Shown here: one piece after another, positions 1 through 6,738 of the stretch
Layout: every line of letters starts with the position of its first letter
Numbering within the stretch: the first letter of the stretch is position 1
Origin: a virus
Lineage: Duplodnaviria > Heunggongvirae > Uroviricota > Caudoviricetes
Virus record (IMG/VR): IMGVR_UViG_2609460125_000008
Strand: one strand, 5' to 3'
Length of the DNA stretch: 10,114 nt
Translations under genes and position numbers: made by a program
Notes under the pieces: model-generated
What the model saw: only the letters and a program-made list of their open reading frames with translations
The model's database searches: none
Told to the model about the DNA's origin: nothing

Positions 1-213
1 AAACGCGATGGCGGAGAGCATCAATGGTCTTACAAAGCGGAGGTAATACACCGTAAGAGCTGGAAAAACCGTGCAGAAGTGGAACTGGCCACACTAACGT
101 GGGTGGACTGGTATAACAATCGACGATTGCTGGAAAGGCTGGGTCACATCCCTCCGGCAGAAGCAGAAAAAGCTTATTATGCTTCCATCGGAAACGATGA
201 TCTGGCAGCCTGA
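1..213 (+). CDS. IS3-family transposase OrfB, C-terminal fragment (5' part outside window)
   Basis: Frame 1 is open from position 1 to TGA at 211-213 and reads ...TLTWVDWYNNRRLLERLGHIPPAEAEKAYYASIGNDDLAA*, typical of the C-terminal tail of IS3-family OrfB. Absent from the ORF track because it has no start codon in the window. Confidence 0.8.
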   Translation, partial: KRDGGEHQWSYKAEVIHRKSWKNRAEVELATLTWVDWYNNRRLLERLGHIPPAEAEKAYYASIGNDDLAA

Positions 214-264
214 GTTCACAGATAAAACACTCTCCAGGAAACCCGGGGCGGTTCAGTGCCTTCA
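1..264 (+). mobile_element. IS3-family insertion sequence (IS911-like), 3' end with right inverted repeat
   Basis: OrfB tail followed by ...GGTTCAGTGCCTTCA ending about 264, an imperfect reverse complement of the IRL TGAAGTGGCACACTGAA seen at 9648. Exact end is uncertain by about 10 bp. Confidence 0.6.
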
Positions 265-374
265 GGAAGAGATAATCGGGAAGCGCCTTCACTGATCGAA
301 AGTTGATTTTCAAGAACCGTTCTGACAGCTTCGGCTTTGAACTCTTTAGAGTAACGTTGGGTTTTTCTGCTCAT
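216..374 (-). pseudogene. IS3-family OrfA N-terminal fragment (IS600-like), interrupted by the IS at 1-264
   Basis: Minus-strand ATG at 374 preceded by GGAG; reads MSRKTQRYSKEFKAEAVRTVLENQLSISEGASRLSLPEGT..., an IS3-family OrfA HTH N-terminus. The frame then runs into the other IS's inverted repeat and stops after 52 codons. Confidence 0.6.
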
Positions 375-443
375 TATTAGCTCCTTCTGATGCCATTCTA
401 TTTCAGGAAGGAGTGTCCGTTAAACTCAGGCTACCTCACCTCA
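265..443 (-). mobile_element. Left-end fragment of a second IS3-family element (IS600-like), host of the nested insertion
   Basis: Minus-strand sequence begins TGAGGTGAGGTAGCCTGAGTTTAACGG... (TG start typical of IS3-family IRL) about 65 bp upstream of the OrfA ATG. Boundaries are approximate. Confidence 0.5.
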
Positions 444-623
444 GACCCTGGGTACTTTCTTCATGAAACTGCGGTGTTCGAGTTTGCGATATTTCTTACA
501 GGGGAACGCAAGCCCCTCCGCCTCCGCTTTGGATTTCCGATCAGCATTAATGTAATCCACCATCTCAAGACTGCTCATGGTCGGGTATTCGCCAGAAGGA
601 AGAACGGTTAATGATTTGTTCAT
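441..623 (-). pseudogene. Phage gene N-terminal fragment truncated by IS insertion; possibly a Rha/ORF6N-type DNA-binding N-terminus
   Basis: 60-aa ORF with AAGGAAA Shine-Dalgarno upstream; the stop codon lies at the IS end (441-443). The PTMSSLEMVDY motif loosely resembles the N-terminus of the Rha gene at 7864-8427. Confidence 0.4.
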
Positions 624-770
624 GTCGGTATTTCCTTTAGAAAGTTGAGCCTGTTCGCACAGAAAAGCCGTCCCCGAGAGGTCCTCACCTATACGGCAGT
701 TCTCAGGCTCAGCTTTCTGAAAGACTCGGGATTGTTACGCGCTGCGATGCGCGGTTTACTGCGGACATAT

Positions 771-793
771 AAAAGCCCCGCAAGTGCGAGGCT
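771..793 (-). terminator. Candidate intrinsic terminator after the lysis operon
   Basis: Hairpin AGCC-CCGC-AAGT-GCG-A-GGCT at 772-791; on the minus strand it is followed by TTTTATAT. Lies about 35 bp downstream of the Rz stop. Confidence 0.4.
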
Positions 794-825
794 CATTAAA
801 TGGACTTTGTGATTTGCAAAAAAAT

Positions 826-1293
826 TTATTTCAGGCACTGAGTCCTGATGTACTCCTGAAGCATTCTCAATGCTGTCTGGTCGCTGATGATTCCGTCCCG
901 GATACCGAGAACGTTTCGTCCAGCAACTGGAGAGAGTTCGACGGTGGCATCATTGCCCATGCCGGAGGCGCTGGAGGTTTCGGCTGAGGATGGCACAGGG
1001 CATTTTCCTTTGACGAGCACCCGACCACCATTATCAAGCTTGCGCCGAAGAGCATCATTTTCAGCTTTCGCATCAGCTAACTCCTTCGTGTATTTAGCAT
1101 CGAGTGCATCAGCATCACGCTGGCGCTGCTGCATGTCAGTAATGGTTGCGTTCGCCAGCTTCAGTTCTCCGGCGTTTTTGTCGCGCTGCTCTTTGTAGGT
1201 AATGGCGTTATCACGGTAATGATTAACAGCCCATGACAGGCAGACGATGATGCAGATAACCAGAGCGGAGATAATCGCGGTGACTCTGCTCAT
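826..1293 (-). CDS. Rz: Rz i-spanin (inner-membrane spanin subunit)
   Basis: [34 protein letters not shown]...[18 protein letters not shown] closely matches lambda Rz as I recall it. N-terminal TMD plus coiled coil. Start placed at the ATG at 1291-1293, which overlaps the endolysin stop (ATGA), rather than the track start at 1308. Confidence 0.85.
   Translation of the reverse strand: MSRVTAIISALVICIIVCLSWAVNHYRDNAITYKEQRDKNAGELKLANATITDMQQRQRDADALDAKYTKELADAKAENDALRRKLDNGGRVLVKGKCPVPSSAETSSASGMGNDATVELSPVAGRNVLGIRDGIISDQTALRMLQEYIRTQCLK
867..1073 (-). CDS. Rz1: Rz1 o-spanin (outer-membrane lipoprotein), embedded in Rz in the +1 frame
   Basis: [21 protein letters not shown]... has a lipobox (VVGC) followed by a Pro-rich stretch [16 protein letters not shown], like lambda Rz1. 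Lies entirely inside Rz in a different frame. Confidence 0.7.
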   Translation of the reverse strand: MRKLKMMLFGASLIMVVGCSSKENALCHPQPKPPAPPAWAMMPPSNSLQLLDETFSVSGTESSATRQH

Positions 1294-1823
1294 TGATCTA
1301 TCCCCCAACAGGCTAATGCGCTTTCCTGGTCACGACGAATAACCTGTCCATAGCAGTTATTTGAACGTATGCGGCAATCGCGCCCAACATCTTTTATCCA
1401 CCAGCGAATCGCCTCGCATGCGCCCTTACGATCACCGGCATTCAGCCGCTTATAAAACGTCGACGGGAAACACTTACCGGGGCCAATGTTATAGGGGCAA
1501 AATGACGCTATACCCGCTTTCTGGGGTTCGGTCAGAGGTACTTTAATATTGCGCTCCACCCATGCCAGCGCCTTATCACGTTCAATAGCGTTAACCTGGT
1601 CACATTTTTCCTTCGACAGCTTCATTCCCGGTATGACAGGCTTACCATCCACCATTGTGGCACCACGACAGATGGTCCATATGCCAGAACCATCACGGTA
1701 TGCCGTTGTGTGATTACCCTCTTTTTCGTTCAGAAACTGGTCAAGTATCTGGGGAGCAGACGCGCCTGCGGCAATCAGCGCCAGAACAGCAGCCGACAGG
1801 CCGTATTTGATTTTTGCGCTCAT
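1290..1823 (-). CDS. R: SAR endolysin (T4-lysozyme-like muramidase with signal-anchor-release N-terminus)
   Basis: N-terminal Gly/Ala-rich weakly hydrophobic segment [17 protein letters not shown], then the catalytic spacing E-x8-D-x5-T ([16 protein letters not shown]). Same architecture as phage 21 R and P1 Lyz. Confidence 0.9.
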   Translation of the reverse strand: MSAKIKYGLSAAVLALIAAGASAPQILDQFLNEKEGNHTTAYRDGSGIWTICRGATMVDGKPVIPGMKLSKEKCDQVNAIERDKALAWVERNIKVPLTEPQKAGIASFCPYNIGPGKCFPSTFYKRLNAGDRKGACEAIRWWIKDVGRDCRIRSNNCYGQVIRRDQESALACWGIDQ

Positions 1824-1888
1824 GGATATTTATCAGGATTTATCGGCAACAAATAACGAGCCAACTTATATACGCCTTTTAAGATAAG

Positions 1889-2518
1889 TCAGCCCCGGCT
1901 GGATCCAGTCATCAGGCTCTTTCTTAAAGGGGGAGTATTGAAATCACGAAGAAGAGCCTCCCGCACCGCAGCATCCATGTCTGCACCACTGGCAAGTGCT
2001 TCAATCTCTGCCGCCACCTGCAAATACCCCATGCAACGGCCAATGCGTTTCATAACTCTGGTGTTTTCGTCTTTCAGGCATCTGATAGCGAGATTAATAA
2101 TTTTCAGGCAGTGATGATGCGATGCCCGGACAGGTTTTCCGTTCTCATAAACGACGAACTCACCCTCTTCACAGGAAACCCTGAAAGGCCGATGGGGTTC
2201 CTGGTCTTTATCCGGTGCAGACGCAATAAAATCACTTTTATGCTCTTCCTCTCCGGCACTGTTAACCGTAATGACGTACTCAGGCCGCAGGTAAGCCGCC
2301 TCTTTTTCTGACAATGCGGCCGGTAAAAACTTTTCCTGCAAAAACTTCATAAAAGTCTCGTGAGCGACTTTGTGGCAGTAATCGTAAATCGCCGCATAAT
2401 GCTCATCGCGGCGTTTGTTTTCATCTTCAGAACTCACCAACGCCGACAATTTTTTATTAAGCTCAGTGATTTCATTTTCCAGGTGATTGAATCGCTGATT
2501 CATTTCTTCATGCTTCAT
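1889..2518 (-). CDS. Hypothetical acidic protein (209 aa) inserted between holin and endolysin; function unknown
   Basis: ATG lies 4 nt after the holin stop (TAA ATA ATG). Long clean ORF, no TMD or signal peptide, N-terminal coiled-coil-like segment, Cys/His cluster HHHCLKIINLAIRC. No family recognised from memory. Confidence 0.6.
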   Translation of the reverse strand: MKHEEMNQRFNHLENEITELNKKLSALVSSEDENKRRDEHYAAIYDYCHKVAHETFMKFLQEKFLPAALSEKEAAYLRPEYVITVNSAGEEEHKSDFIASAPDKDQEPHRPFRVSCEEGEFVVYENGKPVRASHHHCLKIINLAIRCLKDENTRVMKRIGRCMGYLQVAAEIEALASGADMDAAVREALLRDFNTPPLRKSLMTGSSRG

Positions 2519-2521
2519 TAT

Positions 2522-2737
2522 TTACTCTCCCCGTGCAGCCTTACGCTTGTCTTCTCTTATTTTGAAATACAGATTCGTCAGATAAGTCAGAAGCCCCAGA
2601 AGCAGACTTCCCAGCACACCAATCGCAGCCCACTGTGATGGCCTGACCTGATCCAACCACTGCAAAAACCAGTAGCCGGCACTGCCGGCGGAGGTGCCGT
2701 AGGCAATGCCCGTTGACATTTTGTCCATGGATTTCAT
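2522..2737 (-). CDS. S: Class II holin (pinholin, phage 21 S-like) with dual-start motif
   Basis: 71 aa, [31 protein letters not shown]...[13 protein letters not shown], near-identical to my recollection of S21. Two TMDs and a charged C-terminus; Met1/Met4 dual starts; GGAGGTGA Shine-Dalgarno upstream. Confidence 0.9.
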   Translation of the reverse strand: MKSMDKMSTGIAYGTSAGSAGYWFLQWLDQVRPSQWAAIGVLGSLLLGLLTYLTNLYFKIREDKRKAARGE

Positions 2738-3029
2738 AGCCTCACCTCCGCAAATAACGGATGGCGTAGTTTTACACTGAGAAATGAAAGGGATTTGAAA
2801 AGAAAAAAACGCAAAAGCGGGCGAAACGATATATACAGTAAGGAAAGCACTCTATCCAACAAACCACCCACAGTTAATCGGAATAAAAGCAGAGTGCTTA
2901 TGAATGATCGCACGCCCGAAGGTTAGTATTTCTGCACAGCAATTTTGCAAAAAAAGGCGATCATTCATAACTTAAACGTCTTTCAGTCACTCCGGGATTT
3001 CCCATCATCGCAGACTGAAAGACTCTGAC

Positions 3030-3104
<75 letters not shown>

Positions 3105-3107
3105 ATA

Positions 3108-3183
<76 letters not shown>

Positions 3184-3185
3184 GC

Positions 3186-3262
3186 TGGCCCACCACCGAG
3201 GACTCGAACCTCGCACCGTCAACTTAGAAGGTTGATGCTCTATCCGGATGAGCTAGTGGTGG
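3186..3262 (-). tRNA. tRNA-Arg (anticodon TCT)
   Basis: CCACCACTAGCTCATCCGGATAGAGCATCAACCTTCTAAGTTGACGGTGCGAGGTTCGAGTCCTCGGTGGTGGGCCA: acceptor stem CCACCAC/GTGGTGG, anticodon stem TCAAC/GTTGA, loop CTTCTAA, CCA end. Confidence 0.8.
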
Positions 3263-3263
3263 T

Positions 3264-3340
3264 TGGTGGCCCTTGCTGGACTTGAACCAGCGACCTGGCG
3301 ATTATGAGTCGCTCGCTCTGACCAACTGAGCTAAAGGGCC
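3264..3340 (-). tRNA. tRNA with CAT anticodon, most likely Ile2 (lysidine, ileX/ileZ-like) rather than Met
   Basis: GGCCCTTTAGCTCAGTTGGTCAGAGCGAGCGACTCATAATCGCCAGGTCGCTGGTTCAAGTCCAGCAAGGGCCACCA: anticodon loop CTCATAA; T-arm and acceptor closely resemble E. coli ileX as I recall it. Confidence 0.8.
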
Positions 3341-3426
3341 GGAGGCAGAATAATAACCATATGTCATCACATCTGCAAACTCATCTGACCACCAGCGTGT
3401 TTAACGTCCTGTACCGTTTTTCAGGC

Positions 3427-3453
3427 ATAAAAAACCCGCCCGGAGGCGGGTTT
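3427..3453 (-). terminator. tR'-like intrinsic terminator downstream of Q
   Basis: Stem CCCGCC/GGCGGG with loop CGGA; on the minus strand it is followed by TTTTTTATG. Sits about 90 bp downstream of the Q stop, as in lambdoid pR'-tR' units. Confidence 0.65.
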
Positions 3454-3539
3454 AAGCTGTGTGGCGAAGCAACCACTCTTAACAGAATATCCCGTTTTTT
3501 ACGTACGTAAAATATTTTCTAGAAAGTCGCCCCTTACCA
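3454..3539 (-). promoter_or_regulatory. Presumed late promoter pR' / qut region, containing a 16-bp perfect palindrome
   Basis: By position, between the Q stop and the tR'-like terminator. TTTTACGTACGTAAAA at 3497-3512 is a perfect palindrome. The -35/-10 hexamers could not be placed confidently. Confidence 0.35.
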
Positions 3540-3920
3540 TCAGGGATGTTCAATATATTTGTCCATTTCTAACCGGACACCCAACATCATCAACATTCCT
3601 TCCACCACCCCCTCGGCTTTTTGTAGCTTCTTTCCTATATAACCATCTGAGCATCCATGCTTCCGCGCCAGCGTCATGAATGTCATCCCAAACACGTAGT
3701 AGTCAACCAGCAAGTCATGTAGATCGTTGTTGTTCCGGTTAAGGCGGGCCATACACCCACATATAACCATCGCGTCATCGTCACAGCATTGCGGGCGGGA
3801 TTTTACTTTTGAAGGGATTAATCCCTTAAAACCGGCAGCAATGGACGACCAGGTCACATCCTCATGATTATTAGCCACCCACGCGCCCCAGCGCTCAAGA
3901 ACCTGCTGAATATCACGCAT
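3540..3920 (-). CDS. Q: Late-gene antiterminator Q (QuuD / phage 21-82 type)
   Basis: [60 protein letters not shown]... closely matches my recollection of E. coli QuuD (DLP12). Start placed at the MRDIQ Met; the track's upstream Met at 3956 is likely an extension. Confidence 0.85.
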   Translation of the reverse strand: MRDIQQVLERWGAWVANNHEDVTWSSIAAGFKGLIPSKVKSRPQCCDDDAMVICGCMARLNRNNNDLHDLLVDYYVFGMTFMTLARKHGCSDGYIGKKLQKAEGVVEGMLMMLGVRLEMDKYIEHP

Positions 3921-4116
3921 CACTGTCTTTACCCCTGTCCCATCCACGATGAACAATCAGAACACCATCAACAATGGCGTGCCCTTTGCCCTCTTTATCT
4001 TCAGCATATTTTCTTACCGTGGCGCGATTACAGTTCAGCATTCGTGAAACTTCGGTCATATTACCTCGTGTCTGGATAAGCAGTTCCGGTATCGTTTGAA
4101 TTTTGACGCTCATCAA
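3913..4116 (-). CDS. ninH: NinH-like protein
   Basis: [59 protein letters not shown] resembles lambda NinH as I recall it. Lies immediately upstream of Q; GGAGAG Shine-Dalgarno upstream. Confidence 0.8.
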   Translation of the reverse strand: MMSVKIQTIPELLIQTRGNMTEVSRMLNCNRATVRKYAEDKEGKGHAIVDGVLIVHRGWDRGKDSDA

Positions 4117-4207
4117 ATACTCTCCGGTTCGGTGATTTTTATCCCGGGCTTTCCACCAGGGACATAATGATCGCGCACAAGCCAGGGCAAAACAAACTCA
4201 TGGCGCA

Positions 4208-4465
4208 TCAGCGCAGCGCCTCCTGCACCAGTTTTTCAAACTTTCCGACTCTGGTTTCCAGCTCTGCCACACAGTCCACCAGCTCATCTACTGCTTTCTG
4301 TGCGCGATGCTTCGCCTGCATCAGTTCCCGAAGCGCGGGTACCATATCTTTACGGATAGCATCTTTTGTTATGCCCGTTTTTTCGAGTTGTTCAGCATGA
4401 CGCAGCATTTCCTGCGCGTGTTTACGCAATTGTTCAGGGGTAAAAGTCATTGTCTGGTTGTTCAA
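4208..4465 (-). CDS. Hypothetical 85-aa helical protein in the nin-region position
   Basis: ATG overlaps the helicase stop (ATGA), suggesting translational coupling. Sequence is charged and helical; no family recognised. Confidence 0.5.
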   Translation of the reverse strand: MNNQTMTFTPEQLRKHAQEMLRHAEQLEKTGITKDAIRKDMVPALRELMQAKHRAQKAVDELVDCVAELETRVGKFEKLVQEALR

Positions 4466-5853
4466 AAGAAACGCTCCATCTTACTGCTGTCAGTTCGTTT
4501 ATTACTGTATCTGCGCGGATTGCCGGGCTTCATGGGAGTGGAAAGCACCCGTGCACTTTCCTGGTCCACAGGCAGAAAATGTCCGTTATAAAAACGCCGG
4601 TAAATCGTTCCCAGAGAACCGTTACGTTGTTTCGTGATATTGATTTCTGCGATGCCCCTGGCCTGCGTATCCGGGTTGTACACTTCATCCCTGTAAAGCA
4701 TCAGAATGATGTCTGCATCCGCCTCTATTTCTCCGGAATTTTTCAGGTCTGAGTTCATGGGACGTTTATTGGGTCTGGACTCCACACCGCGGGAGAGCTG
4801 GCTCAGCGCAATCAACGGAAAACCACCGGATTTTGCCAGGCCTTTAAGCCCCTTTGAGATTTCACCCACGGCAAGGTCATGACGCCCCGTGGTTCGGGTT
4901 TTTATCAGCCCGAGATAATCAACCACCACCAGCGCCGTTTCCGGATATTTAATCAGGTGGTGTTTCGTTGTTGCGCATATCTCATCAATGGCCAGGTTCG
5001 CCTGGTCCACCATCCAGATATTGCGCCCGGTCATCCGCCCCACCCCTTGTGAGAAACGCGTCCAGTCTTCATCTTCAAAGTGAGCCACAGATTTCAGGCG
5101 TGATACTGGCATCCCTCCAGCCGCAGACACCATACGTTCACCAATCTGGATGTTCGCCATCTCCATGGTGAACAGAAGCACACCATGCCCCTGCTCAGTC
5201 ACCTTGTCGATGATGTCCAGCGCAAGTTCGGTTTTCCCCATCGAAGGACGGGCGGCAATGAATACCAGGTCTCCGGGCTCCATACCGCCTGTTTTTGCGT
5301 CCAGTTCATCAATACCGGTCATCAACGTCCTGGATTTCTCCAGCCCCTGATTCCGGCATTCAACACGCTCAACCACTTCCGGAAGCACATCATCAATATG
5401 TACCGGCTGAATGACGCCCTTTCCTGTCGACAGTGTGACCATCATGTTCTGCGCATCCTTCAGGGCATCTTCAGCTGCTTCACAGGTATGCGCATCACGT
5501 AATTTCTGCAGCGCCTCATTCAGTGTTTTTTCTGCATCGCGCAGTGCGGCATTGCGCCGCAACGCTGCAACATAGTGCTCCAGTGAAGACTTCACCCAGG
5601 TTTTACGCCCGGTATCAGTAATCACCGGGGCAAGTTCCGGCATCTCATTACACAACAGCACGGGGTCAATCACTCCTGAAACACGGGCCTGTCTGCAGAT
5701 GCCTGTATAGATATCCTGATACGCTCGTACAGAAAAAACGTCCGCTGGCAGTGTGGCCAGAATATCCATCACTTCAGGATCTGCTCCGCGCAGAAAGAAC
5801 GCGCCGATGACAGCGCCTTCAAGGTCATCGTTACGCCATACTGGAGTTGTCAT
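4462..5853 (-). CDS. DnaB-family replicative DNA helicase (P22 gene 12-like)
   Basis: 463 aa. DnaB N-terminal domain, Walker A FIAARPSMGKTELALDI, Walker B-like LVVVDYLGLI, C-terminal RecA-like fold motifs. Start overlaps the upstream gene's stop (ATGA). Confidence 0.9.
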   Translation of the reverse strand: MTTPVWRNDDLEGAVIGAFFLRGADPEVMDILATLPADVFSVRAYQDIYTGICRQARVSGVIDPVLLCNEMPELAPVITDTGRKTWVKSSLEHYVAALRRNAALRDAEKTLNEALQKLRDAHTCEAAEDALKDAQNMMVTLSTGKGVIQPVHIDDVLPEVVERVECRNQGLEKSRTLMTGIDELDAKTGGMEPGDLVFIAARPSMGKTELALDIIDKVTEQGHGVLLFTMEMANIQIGERMVSAAGGMPVSRLKSVAHFEDEDWTRFSQGVGRMTGRNIWMVDQANLAIDEICATTKHHLIKYPETALVVVDYLGLIKTRTTGRHDLAVGEISKGLKGLAKSGGFPLIALSQLSRGVESRPNKRPMNSDLKNSGEIEADADIILMLYRDEVYNPDTQARGIAEINITKQRNGSLGTIYRRFYNGHFLPVDQESARVLSTPMKPGNPRRYSNKRTDSSKMERFF

Positions 5854-6737
5854 GCAGCCACACCTCTGATACGAGAACGGTAACTGGGCCAGTTAAACGA
5901 CAACCAGTTGCGTCCCCCGTCTGTGATCCTGTCGGCAATTCGGGGACTGATGAACGCCCACAACTCTTCCGGTGAGAGGTTACTGATCAGAATGGTGGGC
6001 AAGATACTTTCGTACCTGGCGTTGATAATTTCCTGCAAAATAGCCATTTCAGCCGCGCTGCCAAACTGAACGCCAACTTCGTCGATGATCAGCAAATCCA
6101 TTGACGCATAACGCTCAATAACTTCATCCGCTGTTTTTTCGCTGTCATTCCGCCAGCAATTTTTCACAGCACGGGTAAGGCGCATCACGTCGGTGATCTC
6201 CACACTGGCCAGATAGTTACGGATGATGTGTTTTGCCATAGCCACAGCCAGATGATTTTTTCCGGTACCACAACTGCCGGTCATAACAAGACTGGTACCG
6301 TTCTCCAGCATATCTGGCCAGTTCTCCGCATAGCGGCGACAGGCCGCAAGATTTCTGGCTGCGCCAGGATTAACCTCCAGATAATTATCAAACTCGCAGT
6401 CCCGAAAACGCAGGGCAATTCCGGCGTTATCAGTCAGCTCTTCCGCCTTGATGGACGACAGCTCCATGGTCAAATCGTTGGCCTCAGCGATTAAGCAGTC
6501 AGGGCAGCATGAAATTTCTTCTCTGTCCTCGCCATTACGATCGCTCCACACCAGTATATGCGTGTGATATTCGCCATGTTTTTCGCAATATCCGCGACCT
6601 TCACGCATCAGGCAGGAACGATAAGGCCATGGCTTTTCGCCCTTCTGAGCAAATGCAATCTCTGCCCGTAACTCATCCATTCGCGCCTGTAGTCTTTTTT
6701 GTTGTTCACGCAGGTTAAACGTCATCATCGCTGTCAC
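5850..6737 (-). CDS. DnaC/IstB-like AAA+ ATPase (helicase loader) with Cys/His-rich N-terminal extension
   Basis: Walker A LVMTGSCGTGKNHLAVAMA, Walker B DLLIIDEVG. N-terminal roughly 90 aa contain C-x8-C...H-x3-H-x-H...CC-x2-C, a possible zinc-binding module. Confidence 0.8.
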   Translation of the reverse strand: MTAMMTFNLREQQKRLQARMDELRAEIAFAQKGEKPWPYRSCLMREGRGYCEKHGEYHTHILVWSDRNGEDREEISCCPDCLIAEANDLTMELSSIKAEELTDNAGIALRFRDCEFDNYLEVNPGAARNLAACRRYAENWPDMLENGTSLVMTGSCGTGKNHLAVAMAKHIIRNYLASVEITDVMRLTRAVKNCWRNDSEKTADEVIERYASMDLLIIDEVGVQFGSAAEMAILQEIINARYESILPTILISNLSPEELWAFISPRIADRITDGGRNWLSFNWPSYRSRIRGVAA

Positions 6738-6738
6738 C

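Noticed and set aside
390-611. Plus-strand 73-aa ORF
   Set aside because: Antisense to the truncated phage gene and spanning the IS boundary; no ribosome-binding site.
826-1308. Rz starting at 1308 (160 aa)
   Set aside because: The lambda Rz-like sequence begins at MSRVTAI..., i.e. the ATG at 1291-1293, which also gives the ATGA overlap with the endolysin stop. The upstream 5 codons lie inside the endolysin gene.
1393-1401. DnaA-box-like TTATCCACC
   Set aside because: Single imperfect match inside the endolysin coding sequence; likely chance.
2738-3029. stx (Shiga toxin) or other cargo genes between the tRNA cluster and the holin
   Set aside because: The locus architecture (Q-tR'-tRNAs-S) is that of Stx phages, but no ORF longer than about 38 codons is present and nothing resembles stxA/stxB.
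3540-3956. Q starting at 3956 (138 aa)
   Set aside because: Homologues as I recall them (QuuD) begin at MRDIQ; the extra 12 codons overlap ninH and are probably not translated. Not excluded.
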